From assembly GCA_934096265.1 (NCBI GenBank), contig CAKOLI010000001.1, positions 210,896 to 274,895 of the forward strand: a stretch of DNA of 64,000 bases, in the 5' to 3' direction. The DNA comes from an uncultured Bacilli bacterium. Lineage in GTDB: Bacteria; Bacillota_I; Bacilli_A; RF39; UBA660. The notes below the pieces were generated by a model. That model worked only from the letters and a program-made list of their open reading frames with translations. It made no database searches and was not told the origin of the DNA. Numbering within the stretch: position 1 is the stretch's first letter; every line of letters begins with the position of its first letter. Positions 43,496 to 53,335 of the stretch are shown here, piece after piece. The translations under genes were made by a program, and so were the position numbers.

Positions 43496-45646
43496 ATGAG
43501 TAGCAAAAATAAGCAGGTTACGATAGAAGATTTAATAGATAAGGTAAGTAGTTATATTCATAATGAGGATGATATTGATTTGATTAGGAAGGCTTATAAT
43601 TATGCTAGTATTAAGCATTTTGGGCAAAAGAGGATTACTGGGGATGATTATATTCAGCATCCTTTGAATGTGGCTCTTATTCTTACTGAGACTTCTTCTG
43701 ATGCTAAGGCAATATGTGCAGGGCTTTTGCATGATGTGATAGAGGATTCTGATTCTACTTATGATGAGATTAGTGAGTTATTTGGTAGTGAGATTGCTAA
43801 TTTAGTAGATGGGGTTACTAAGATTAATAAGATTAATTTTTCGTCTGTTAATGAGGCTATGGTGGAGAATCAGAGGAAGATTTTGGTAGGTTTGTCTAAT
43901 GATGTTAGGGTTATAATTATTAAGCTTGCGGATAGGTTACATAATATGAGGACGCTTTATGTGCTTCCTTATGAGAAGCAGAAGAGGAAGGCTCGTGAGA
44001 CTTTGGAGATTTTGACTCCTGTTGCTCATAGGTTAGGTATATATAAGATTAAGAGTGAGTTGGAGGATTTGTCTCTTAGGTATTTGAAGCCTGATGCTTA
44101 TTATGATGTTGTTGAGAAGTTGAATCTTAAGAAGAGTGAGAGAGATGACGCGGTTAATAAGATGATGATGGAAGTGTCTAAGCTGTTAGATGAGCATGGT
44201 ATTAAGCATGATATTAAGGGAAGAAGTAAGAGTATTTATAGTATATATAGTAAGCTAGCTAAGGGGAGAAGTTTTAATGATATATATGATTTGCTTGCTC
44301 TTAGGATATTTGTAGAGACAGAGAGTGAGTGTTATTTGGTACTTGGATTAATTCATTCTAAGTATAAGCCTGTTCCTAAGAGGTTTAAGGATTTTATTGC
44401 GATGCCTAAGACTAATTTGTATCAATCTTTACATACTACGGTGTTTGGTATTGATGGGGAGTTGTTTGAGATACAGATTAGGACTTATGAGATGGATAAG
44501 ATAGCAGAGTATGGGATTGCTTCTCATTGGTCTTATAAGGAGCATGTTGATGGTGGTAAGAAGGATGCTATGGAGCATAAGCTTCAGATATTTAGGAGTA
44601 TTATTGAGCTTAATGAGGAAGCTAGTAGTAGTGAAGAGTTTATTCATGATGTTAGAAATGATGTTCTTGGTAATGATAGTATATATGTATATACTCCTAA
44701 GGGAGATGTATTAGAGCTTCCTAGTGGGTCTACTCCGATAGATTTTGCTTATAAGGTGCATAGTGAGGTTGGAGATAAGGTAGTAGGAGCTATTGTTAAT
44801 GATAGTATAGTACCACTTGATTATAAGCTTAAAACGGGGGATATTGTTAAGATAAATACTAGTAATTCTTCTTTGGGTCCTAATAAGGATTGGCTTAATT
44901 TTGTAGTTACTGTAGGAGCTAGAAATAGGATAAGGAGTTTTTATAGTAAGTTAGAGAAGGAAGACTTAATTAATAAGGGTCATGATATGTTAGAGAAAGA
45001 GATTAAAAGAAGTGGGTTGGTAGTCTCTTATGTGTTATCTAATAGTAATGTAGTAAAGATATTGGATGAGTTTAAGTTAGATGATATTAATGATTTGTAT
45101 TTGGGGGTTGCTAGTTCTAAGTATAATCTTAATGGTATTTTGAAGGTTATTGATGACAATAAGAAGAGTAGTGTGTTAGATAAGATTAAGGGTAGTAATA
45201 AGGTTAATGTATATAATGATGATATATTAGTATCTAATGTTTCTTCTATTAAGGTTAATCTTGCTAATTGTTGTAAGCCTGTATATGGGGATGCTATTAT
45301 AGGATATGTTACTCGTGGTAATGGGATTAGTATTCATAGGAGTAATTGTAATCATGTTGCAACGGATAATGAGAGGATTATTGATGTTAGGTGGAATGAT
45401 AGTAGTGATAAAAAGTATCCTACTGATATTATTGTTTATACTAATCTTAGTGATAATTTGATAGATTTGGTTACTAAGGCTAGTAGTAATGATATACAGA
45501 TTCAGAATATTACTTCTATTAATAATCATGATAATAGGGTATATACGCTTACGGTGTTAGTAGCTAGTGTGGATATTATAAATAAGTATATTAGGGATTT
45601 GGAGAATTTACCTAGTGTTACTAAGGCAGAGAGGATGATTCAGTAA
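43496..45646 (+). CDS. relA: bifunctional (p)ppGpp synthetase/hydrolase RelA/SpoT (Rel)
   Basis: HD hydrolase (HPLNVA...LLHDVIED), synthetase domain, TGS and ACT C-terminal regions. 716 aa. Confidence 0.9.
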   Translation: MSSKNKQVTIEDLIDKVSSYIHNEDDIDLIRKAYNYASIKHFGQKRITGDDYIQHPLNVALILTETSSDAKAICAGLLHDVIEDSDSTYDEISELFGSEIANLVDGVTKINKINFSSVNEAMVENQRKILVGLSNDVRVIIIKLADRLHNMRTLYVLPYEKQKRKARETLEILTPVAHRLGIYKIKSELEDLSLRYLKPDAYYDVVEKLNLKKSERDDAVNKMMMEVSKLLDEHGIKHDIKGRSKSIYSIYSKLAKGRSFNDIYDLLALRIFVETESECYLVLGLIHSKYKPVPKRFKDFIAMPKTNLYQSLHTTVFGIDGELFEIQIRTYEMDKIAEYGIASHWSYKEHVDGGKKDAMEHKLQIFRSIIELNEEASSSEEFIHDVRNDVLGNDSIYVYTPKGDVLELPSGSTPIDFAYKVHSEVGDKVVGAIVNDSIVPLDYKLKTGDIVKINTSNSSLGPNKDWLNFVVTVGARNRIRSFYSKLEKEDLINKGHDMLEKEIKRSGLVVSYVLSNSNVVKILDEFKLDDINDLYLGVASSKYNLNGILKVIDDNKKSSVLDKIKGSNKVNVYNDDILVSNVSSIKVNLANCCKPVYGDAIIGYVTRGNGISIHRSNCNHVATDNERIIDVRWNDSSDKKYPTDIIVYTNLSDNLIDLVTKASSNDIQIQNITSINNHDNRVYTLTVLVASVDIINKYIRDLENLPSVTKAERMIQ

Positions 45647-46101
45647 TGAGAGTGTTTTTACAAAGGTGTAAGAGTTCTAGGGTAGAGGTGGATGGTAAGG
45701 TTGTAGGTAGTATTGCTTCTGGCCTTATGTTGCTTGTTGGTTTTACTCATAATGATAGTTCTAAAGAGATAGATTATATGGTTGATAAGATTATTAATTT
45801 GAGGGTATTTGATGATTGTAATGGTGTTATGAATAAGAGCTTGTTAGATGTAGGTGGAAGTATTTTGTCGGTATCACAGTTTACTCTTTATGCAGTATGT
45901 AGTAAGGGAAGGAGACCTAGTTATTCTAAGGCTTTAGGCGGTAAGGAGGCAAAGGTGTTGTATCAAGAGTTTAATAATAAGTTAAGGATGCATAATATTA
46001 ATGTAGAAGAGGGTGTTTTTGGGGCAGAAATGGAAGTGTTTCTTGTAAATGATGGACCTATTAGTATGATGGTTAGTAAGGAGAGTGATGTTAATGAGTA
46101 A
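45646..46101 (+). CDS. dtd: D-aminoacyl-tRNA deacylase
   Basis: 151 aa. SQFTLYA motif and C-terminal GP...MMV pattern. Confidence 0.85.
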   Translation: MRVFLQRCKSSRVEVDGKVVGSIASGLMLLVGFTHNDSSKEIDYMVDKIINLRVFDDCNGVMNKSLLDVGGSILSVSQFTLYAVCSKGRRPSYSKALGGKEAKVLYQEFNNKLRMHNINVEEGVFGAEMEVFLVNDGPISMMVSKESDVNE

Positions 46102-47152
46102 GAAATATGTTAATTATAGGTTGCTTAATTTGCTTATTCTTTGTGGAATTATATTTTTGTTATATAGGAGTAGTGGTTTGATTACTGGGGTATTATCTAA
46201 GATATTTGGAATAGTGTATCCGTTTATTATTGCTTTTTCTTTAGCGTATGCTCTTTATCCTTTTGTCGTTAAGCTTCAAAATAAGGGGTTACCTAAATGG
46301 CTTAGTATTTTGATTACTTCTTTGTTATCTATTGGGTTATTTGTAGTATCTATTATTTTGGTAATACCTTTGTTATATGATCAAGTGCTTTTGTTTATTA
46401 GTAATATATCTACTTTTGTATCAGATATATCTTCTAAGTATGAGATTAATCTTGGTACTTTGCAGAGTACTTTAACAGAGGCTTCTACAGATATTATTAA
46501 ATCTTTCGGTAATTATATATCTAATGGGCTAGTAGGGATAATTAATGCTTCTTTTGGGATAGTAGCCGCTTGTGTGATAATTATTTTTGTAGTTATATAT
46601 TTGCTTATTGATATGGATAAGATTAGAGCTAGTGTTAAGGAGTTTTTTAGTAAGAGGAAGAAGAAGAGCTATAATTATGTTAAGGCTTTAGATAATGAGA
46701 TTACTAATTATTTTACTGGTATGGGTAAGAATATGTTAGTACAGTTTGTGGAGTATACTTTTGCTTTCTTTATAGTTGGGCATCCTAATTATTTGATACT
46801 TGGTATTTTAGCGGCGATTACAAATATTATTCCTTATTTTGGAGGTTTTGTGGTTAATGTTATTGCTCTTATTATAGCTTCTGTTATTAGTACTAAGTTG
46901 ACTATTTTAACGTTAGTTATATGTCTTATTTGTCCTCAGTTAGATAGTTATGTTATTGGCCCTAGGATATATGGTAAGACTAATAATTTGCATCCTTTAG
47001 TGTCTATTTTTGCAGTTTTTGCAGGTGGTGCGTTGTTTGGTTTTTGGGGTATTGTAGTATCTCTTCCTGTTGCGATTATAATTATTACTACGTTTAGATA
47101 TTATAAGCGTGATATTAATAATAGAATAGAGAAAGTTAAGGAGAAAATGTAA
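46085..47152 (+). CDS. AI-2E family transporter (UPF0118/PerM-like)
   Basis: Eight predicted TM helices. PFIIAFSLAYALYP signature. Confidence 0.7.
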   Translation: MMLMSKKYVNYRLLNLLILCGIIFLLYRSSGLITGVLSKIFGIVYPFIIAFSLAYALYPFVVKLQNKGLPKWLSILITSLLSIGLFVVSIILVIPLLYDQVLLFISNISTFVSDISSKYEINLGTLQSTLTEASTDIIKSFGNYISNGLVGIINASFGIVAACVIIIFVVIYLLIDMDKIRASVKEFFSKRKKKSYNYVKALDNEITNYFTGMGKNMLVQFVEYTFAFFIVGHPNYLILGILAAITNIIPYFGGFVVNVIALIIASVISTKLTILTLVICLICPQLDSYVIGPRIYGKTNNLHPLVSIFAVFAGGALFGFWGIVVSLPVAIIIITTFRYYKRDINNRIEKVKEKM

Positions 47153-47154
47153 GT

Positions 47155-48201
47155 ATGAGTAAGATTAGAATTAATATGCTATCTAAGGCTGATTCAGTAG
47201 AAGGGCAAGGGGTAGGTAGTGCATATATAGAACAAGTTAATTTATTAAAAGATGGCGCTAGTGATATATTTGATATTAAGATAAATGATAAAAATGATGC
47301 TGATATTATTCATATACATAGTATTAATCCAGAGTTTTATTTTAAGATGAAGCATACTAAGGGGGTAAGTGTTTGTTATGTACATTTTTTACCTCATACA
47401 TTAGATGGGTCTATTAAACTTCCTAAGCCTATATTTAATATATTTAAGAAGTATGTTATTAAGTTTTATAATACTGCGGATAATTTAGTGGTAGTAAATC
47501 CTATTTTTATTAAGGATTTAGAGAAGTATAATATTAAAAGGGATAAGATTACTTATATACCTAATTATGTATCTAAAGAGAATTTTTATAAGTTAGATAA
47601 GAAGAGGGTTGAAGAGGTAAGAGATGAGTTAGGTATAGATAAGGATAGTTTTGTGGTACTTGGTGTTGGTCAGATACAAACTAGGAAGGGTGTTCTTGAT
47701 TTTGTAGATGTTGCAAAGAAGATGCCAGATGTTACTTTTGTTTGGTGTGGTGGATTTAGTTTTGGCCATATTACTGATGGATATGAGGAATTAAAGAAGG
47801 TATATGAAAATCCTCCTAGTAATGTTAAGTTTTTAGGTATTGTACCTAGGGATAGGATGAATTTGATGTTTAATATGGCAGATTTGTTATTTATGCCTAG
47901 TTATAATGAGCTTTTTCCAATGGCTATTTTAGAAGCGGTTAATATAGGGATACCTTTGTTACTTAGGGATTTAGATTTATATAAGGATATATTATTTTCT
48001 AAGTATTTATCTGGAAATAATGTAGAAGAGTTTGTATCTTCTATAGATAGTCTTAGGAAGGATAAGAAGTTATATAATAAACAAAGTAAGTTATCTCTTA
48101 GTATAAGTGAATATTATAGTAAAGAGAATGTATTAAAGATATGGATTAATTATTATAAGAGTATATTAGAAAGAGGGAATGGTAATGAAAAAGATAAGTA
48201 A
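47155..48201 (+). CDS. glycosyltransferase family 4 (probable glycolipid/cell-envelope glycosyltransferase)
   Basis: GT-B fold pattern. C-terminal E-x7-E-like region (FMPSYNELFPMAILEA). Confidence 0.6.
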   Translation: MSKIRINMLSKADSVEGQGVGSAYIEQVNLLKDGASDIFDIKINDKNDADIIHIHSINPEFYFKMKHTKGVSVCYVHFLPHTLDGSIKLPKPIFNIFKKYVIKFYNTADNLVVVNPIFIKDLEKYNIKRDKITYIPNYVSKENFYKLDKKRVEEVRDELGIDKDSFVVLGVGQIQTRKGVLDFVDVAKKMPDVTFVWCGGFSFGHITDGYEELKKVYENPPSNVKFLGIVPRDRMNLMFNMADLLFMPSYNELFPMAILEAVNIGIPLLLRDLDLYKDILFSKYLSGNNVEEFVSSIDSLRKDKKLYNKQSKLSLSISEYYSKENVLKIWINYYKSILERGNGNEKDK

Positions 48202-49273
48202 GATATTTTTATTTATAGTAAGTGTGTTTATGTTTACTAACTTAGTTAGTGCAGAAGAGGTTAGTGAGGTTAATAATACTGATAAGCATAGTTTTAATTA
48301 TTTAAGTAAGGATACAGTAGACTTTAATGATGAAGTGGACGCTAGTAGCGTGGTATTTGGTGATAAGGTTAATTTTGGTGGAGTAATAAAGGGAGTAAAT
48401 TTATTATTTGGTAATAATGTTACTTATACTGGTACTAGTAGTTATATGGCTTTATTTGGTAATAATGTTAAAGTAAGTGGGAATTTACTTAATGATGGAG
48501 CAGTATTTGGTAATTATATAGTATTTGATAGCAATGCAGTTGTTAATAGAGATATAGTGATATTTGGTAATAATGTGGTATTATCTGGTACATTTAATAG
48601 AGATGTTAGAGTGTATGCTTCATCTTTATCACTTGATGGTGTAAGTATTTTGGGTAATGTATATGTTAGTGCAAATAATGTTAAGTTAGATAAAGAAAGT
48701 AGTGTAGATGGATATTTTAAATATAATGAAGATACTAATCTTACTAATAATAACAATAATTTAAAATTAGAGTCTTATAAGGTAGAAGTAGAAAAACAAG
48801 ATATATGGGATGTAGTTAAAAGATATATAGGTAGTTTTTTAAGTTATGTTTTTATACTTGCTGTTATGTTAATTATATATCCTAAGTTATTTAATAAGTT
48901 AAATAAGAATACATTAGATGTAAATACAGTTTTAAAGAGAATGGGAGTAGGATTAGGAGTATTGGTTTTAGTACCTATATGTATTTTAATATTAATATTT
49001 TCATCTTTAGGAGGATATGTAGGAGTAGTAATAGGATTAATATATATATTTTTAATTATGATATCTGGTTTAATTACTAGTTATACTATAGGTAGAATTA
49101 TTAGTAATAAGTTAATGAAAAAAGAGATATCTAATTATTTAGTTGGTATAATAGGTATAGTATGTGTAAGTATTATTTTATTAATACCAGTAGTAGGTGG
49201 TATATTTGGCTTCTTATCACTTATATATGGTCTAGGTCAATTAATAGTAATGTTTAAAAATGTAAGGAATTAG
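48185..49273 (+). CDS. exported beta-helix-repeat protein with C-terminal polytopic membrane domain
   Basis: Signal peptide. Repeated (V/I)xFGNNVxxxG motifs (bactofilin/DUF342-like). Four C-terminal TM helices. Confidence 0.45.
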   Translation: MKKISKIFLFIVSVFMFTNLVSAEEVSEVNNTDKHSFNYLSKDTVDFNDEVDASSVVFGDKVNFGGVIKGVNLLFGNNVTYTGTSSYMALFGNNVKVSGNLLNDGAVFGNYIVFDSNAVVNRDIVIFGNNVVLSGTFNRDVRVYASSLSLDGVSILGNVYVSANNVKLDKESSVDGYFKYNEDTNLTNNNNNLKLESYKVEVEKQDIWDVVKRYIGSFLSYVFILAVMLIIYPKLFNKLNKNTLDVNTVLKRMGVGLGVLVLVPICILILIFSSLGGYVGVVIGLIYIFLIMISGLITSYTIGRIISNKLMKKEISNYLVGIIGIVCVSIILLIPVVGGIFGFLSLIYGLGQLIVMFKNVRN

Positions 49274-49281
49274 TAAAAATG

Positions 49282-49582
49282 TATTTACTAAAAATTAATT
49301 TTATGATATGATTAGTTCATAAAATAAGTGAATTGAAAAATGCCAAAAATTCACAAGTTTTGATAAAAATTAATAAGATTTTAGGAGTTGATAGTGATGA
49401 GTAAAGTTAACTATAAGTGCTCTAAAACCCTTATTTCACTAGGGGGGGGGGCAATTACAAAGCCTTATAAATAAAGGACTTAAGCCTCATTTTAACTATC
49501 AAAAAAACACATATAAATCTATATTAGAGATATAGCTATTTTTAGCTTGTATTTTTAATGTAGATTTTTTTATATTTAAATA
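49282..49582. repeat. Conserved about 300-bp upstream element, copy 2, with G10 tract (49442-49451) inside a 25-codon mini-ORF (49397-49474)
   Basis: Mini-ORF MSKVNYKCSKTLISLGGGAITKPYK, with the same RBS and spacing as copy 1. Confidence 0.85.
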
Positions 49583-49602
49583 AAAGAAGGAGAGTGTTGT
49601 AC

Positions 49603-51414
49603 ATGGATAATAATAAGAGAGTATACTTAATAATAGGAGTAATAACTATTACAATGTTAGTTATGGGAGTAACTACTGCATGGTTTACTTGGAATAGTAC
49701 TACTAATACAGATGTAACATTTAATGTTAATGGGTTAGATATTATTAATACTAATGTAGATATAATAGGTAAGAAGTTATATCCTACAAATAATAAAGAA
49801 AACGGAGTAGTAGAAGAGTTTACTGTTAAACAAAACAGTGAGATATCTACACCAGTATGTAGTGATTTTACTCTTACATTAACTACACTACCTATAGAAC
49901 TACAACATAAGAGTTTTAAATATAAACTATATAATGGAACTAGTTTAGTAGGAAGTGGTAACTTTGAAGGTAAAACACAAGGACAAGTAATAACTATTGC
50001 AACAAGTCAACCTGTTACAAGTGAGATATCTACATATAAATTATACATTTGGATAGATGGTAATATGGATAATCCTTTATCTATGGGAGGAAAAAGTTTT
50101 CTGTTTAAACTAACTATTAAAGCAAACCAACAAGAAAATGCATGTACACCTAGCATTATAACTTGTGATGCAGATGATGTAACACCAAACACTCCAGTTC
50201 TTGCTGATGGCATGATACCGATTAAATGGGATGGTTCTAAATGGGTAAAAGCAAGTACTGATAATTGGTATAATTATAGTAATAAAGAGTGGGCAAATGC
50301 TGTGATGGTTAGAACAGATAAGGATTCTAATGTTAATGGTTCTAGGTCTAGAGAACAATATATGAGTGCTGATGAAGGCACAAAAATATTAGAGAGTGAT
50401 ATATTAGCTTATTATGTATGGATACCAAGATATAAGTATCAATTATTTAATGTAAATTCTGAAAGCATGGACCCGATAGAAATATGCACTCAGTTTGAAG
50501 ATAAAGATACTACAAAGTCTACTGGAAATACAAATGGTGCTTGGCTTACCCATCCTGCGTTTACTTTTTGTACTGATGAATTATCAGGTATCTGGGTAGG
50601 CAAGTTTGAAACTAGTGTGGATGATAACGATGCATGTTATGGTAGCGTATCGCCTGCTAATTGTAATAAGGAATTAAATAACCCTAGAATAAAACCGAAT
50701 AAGTCATCTTTATTAGAACAACGAGTTATAAATCAGTTTTTGACATCTAAGAAGTTTGGTACTATTGACTATTTAACATCAGATGGAGTAAGTATGGTAG
50801 ATGCACATATGATGAAAAATACAGAATGGGGAGCAGTAGCATACTTAAAACAAAGTAAATATGGATTAGGTACTACTGATATAGCAATCAATGCGTATGA
50901 TAGAGGTGTTAACTCATATGTTTTCTTTATGACAGGATGTGGACCTGCGAGTGAAACTGATTTAACAAATGAAACAACAACATGTACAAGTTATACAAGT
51001 AGTGTAGGGATTAAAGCATCTACCACAGGTAATATTACAGGTATATACGATATGGCAGGTGGAGCATCTGAAAATGTAATGGGAGTAATGAAAAATACTG
51101 ATGGAACAGGCCTTACTTATTCATCTTCTGGATTTGCGGAAAGTACACTACCTTTAGGAAGTAAATATGTAGACGCATATACGTATGGAACATCTGATGC
51201 TGATTATACAAGAAGAATACTAGGAGATGCAACAGGAGAAACAAGAGGATGGTATTCAGACTATGCTTCCTTTCTTAATGATTCCACTTTTTCATTCTTT
51301 TCTCGTGGACTTATTTCTTACAATGGGTCTTCTGCGGGCGTGTTCACCTTTGCTCGCTCTACCGGAGGTATAAGCAATGCCTATTCCTTCCGTTCCACCT
51401 TGGCAACTCAGTAG
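49603..51414 (+). CDS. Paralog D. C-type N-terminus (shared with the 38221 gene) fused to the A/B-type conserved lectin-like C-domain.
   Basis: N-terminus MDNNKRVYLIIGVITITMLVMGVTTAWFTWNST. From about 50190 the sequence is about 90% identical to 12410-12730 (paralog B). 50925-51110 is about 93% identical to 11275-11460 (paralog A). Confidence 0.65.
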   Translation: MDNNKRVYLIIGVITITMLVMGVTTAWFTWNSTTNTDVTFNVNGLDIINTNVDIIGKKLYPTNNKENGVVEEFTVKQNSEISTPVCSDFTLTLTTLPIELQHKSFKYKLYNGTSLVGSGNFEGKTQGQVITIATSQPVTSEISTYKLYIWIDGNMDNPLSMGGKSFLFKLTIKANQQENACTPSIITCDADDVTPNTPVLADGMIPIKWDGSKWVKASTDNWYNYSNKEWANAVMVRTDKDSNVNGSRSREQYMSADEGTKILESDILAYYVWIPRYKYQLFNVNSESMDPIEICTQFEDKDTTKSTGNTNGAWLTHPAFTFCTDELSGIWVGKFETSVDDNDACYGSVSPANCNKELNNPRIKPNKSSLLEQRVINQFLTSKKFGTIDYLTSDGVSMVDAHMMKNTEWGAVAYLKQSKYGLGTTDIAINAYDRGVNSYVFFMTGCGPASETDLTNETTTCTSYTSSVGIKASTTGNITGIYDMAGGASENVMGVMKNTDGTGLTYSSSGFAESTLPLGSKYVDAYTYGTSDADYTRRILGDATGETRGWYSDYASFLNDSTFSFFSRGLISYNGSSAGVFTFARSTGGISNAYSFRSTLATQ

Positions 51415-51669
51415 GAGTTGCTTCTAGAGAAGTAATTAATAAGATTTCTATCTTAGAATAAGTATATATATTCTGCTAGAGGAAGATATGTAAGTATAAT
51501 GATTATGTATAGGGTATATGGCATATGGTCATGGAGTAGTCCATGGCTTTTTTTATACATAGATATAAAAAAGATTGTAAAGTTTTAAGAAAAGTATTTA
51601 CAAATAAATATTATCATAGTAGAATATTGGTATACAGTGGTTATGAGTGGGAGAAAGTGGGGGATAAAT

Positions 51670-52107
51670 ATGTTGATTGGAGAATATCATCATAATATAG
51701 ATGATAAGAACAGACTTATTATCCCATCTAAGTTTCGTGAGGAGATAGGAGATAAATTTATTCTGACTAGAGGGTTGGATGGATGTTTATTTATCTATTC
51801 TATGAGTAATTGGGAAAAGATTACTAATAAACTTAAGACACTTCCTTTTACTAAAAAAGACGCTCGTGTCTTTATGCGATTTTTCTTATCTGGTGCCAAT
51901 GTATGTGAGTTTGATAAGCAAGGTAGAATTAATATAGCTTCTTCGTTAGTAGATTATGCCAGTATTAAAAAAGAATGTGCTATTATAGGGGTTAATGATC
52001 GTCTAGAAATTTGGGCAATAGATGCGTTTAATAGTTTGATGGATGATAATAAGGATAATTTGTCTGATATATCAGAGAATTTGTTTGATATGGATTTTAC
52101 GGAGTGA
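51670..52107 (+). CDS. mraZ: transcriptional regulator MraZ
   Basis: [19 protein letters not shown]... with two DXXXR-type repeats. Confidence 0.85.
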   Translation: MLIGEYHHNIDDKNRLIIPSKFREEIGDKFILTRGLDGCLFIYSMSNWEKITNKLKTLPFTKKDARVFMRFFLSGANVCEFDKQGRINIASSLVDYASIKKECAIIGVNDRLEIWAIDAFNSLMDDNKDNLSDISENLFDMDFTE

Positions 52108-52109
52108 GT

Positions 52110-53030
52110 ATGATGCATAAGAGTGTTTTGCTTGATGAAGCTATTAATAATTTAAATATTAAAGAAGATGGTATATATGTTGATGCTACGCTTGGCTTAG
52201 GGGGGCATTCTAGGGAAATTCTAAAGAGGATTAAAAAAGGGATGTTGTTTGCCTTTGACCAGGATGTGTATGCTACAACTCATGCATATCCTAGTTTGAA
52301 GGAAATAGGAGATAACTTTGTTATTATTAATGATAATTTTGTTAATATGAAGAAGATTTTAGAAGATAAGGGTGTTAGTTTAGTTGATGGTATTTTGTTT
52401 GATTTGGGTGTGTCTAGTCCACAGCTTGATGATGCTAGTAGGGGTTTTAGTTATCAGAAGGATGCAAGGCTTGATATGAGGATGAATCAAAGTGGTAATC
52501 TTAGTGCTTATTATGTAGTTAACAATTATAGTGAGAAAGAGTTAAGTGATATAATTTTTAATTATGGGGAAGAGAAGTATGCTAAGAGTATTGCTAGAAA
52601 TATTGTTAAGTATAGAGAAGATAAGGATATAGAGACTACTTTGGAGTTAGTAGATATTATTAAGAGTAGTATGCCTTATAAGGCTATGAGGGATACTCAT
52701 CCTGCGAAGAGGACTTTTCAAGCTATTAGGATAGAGGTAAATGATGAGTTAAATGTTTTGAAGGTAGCTTTGGAGGATGCTCTTAGTATGCTAAAGGTAG
52801 GAGGAAGAGTATGTGTTATTACTTTTCATTCTTTAGAGGATAGGGTAGTTAGTACTATGTTTAAGAAGTATAGTAGTGTGGAAGATACTTTTAGTGATTT
52901 GCCTTTTGTACCAGAGGAGTATTTGCCTAAGTATAGGGTTGTAGGTAAGTTTAGTCCTAGTAAGGAAGAGTTAGAGGTAAATAATAGAGCACATAGTGCA
53001 AGGCTTAGAGTGATAGAAAAAATTAGGTGA
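52110..53030 (+). CDS. rsmH: 16S rRNA (cytosine1402-N4)-methyltransferase
   Basis: HKSVLLDEAI...VDATLGLGGHS SAM-binding motif. Confidence 0.85.
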   Translation: MMHKSVLLDEAINNLNIKEDGIYVDATLGLGGHSREILKRIKKGMLFAFDQDVYATTHAYPSLKEIGDNFVIINDNFVNMKKILEDKGVSLVDGILFDLGVSSPQLDDASRGFSYQKDARLDMRMNQSGNLSAYYVVNNYSEKELSDIIFNYGEEKYAKSIARNIVKYREDKDIETTLELVDIIKSSMPYKAMRDTHPAKRTFQAIRIEVNDELNVLKVALEDALSMLKVGGRVCVITFHSLEDRVVSTMFKKYSSVEDTFSDLPFVPEEYLPKYRVVGKFSPSKEELEVNNRAHSARLRVIEKIR

Positions 53031-53035
53031 TATAT

Positions 53036-53326
53036 ATGAAAAAGAATAAAAAGAGGAAGTTTACAAAGGTAGAGAGGTTTTTATATAAATCTTGTTTATG
53101 TATTATTGTTATGTTGATCGTGGGAATTATTTTTGGTAAAACTTCTTTGTCTAAGGTTAATTATGAGGTAGAAAAACTTAAGAAGGAAATGGAAAGTCAA
53201 AAGGAAGTTAATCAGAGTCTTACGATGGTTATTAATGAGATGGTATCACTAGAGAATGTTCAAGCTATTGCAGAGTCGCAAGGACTGGCTTATAATAATG
53301 ATAATGTTAAGACGATTACAGAATAG
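53036..53326 (+). CDS. ftsL: cell division protein FtsL-like
   Basis: Small bitopic protein (TM helix plus coiled coil) between rsmH and pbp. Confidence 0.6.
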   Translation: MKKNKKRKFTKVERFLYKSCLCIIVMLIVGIIFGKTSLSKVNYEVEKLKKEMESQKEVNQSLTMVINEMVSLENVQAIAESQGLAYNNDNVKTITE

Positions 53327-53335
53327 AGGGATGTT

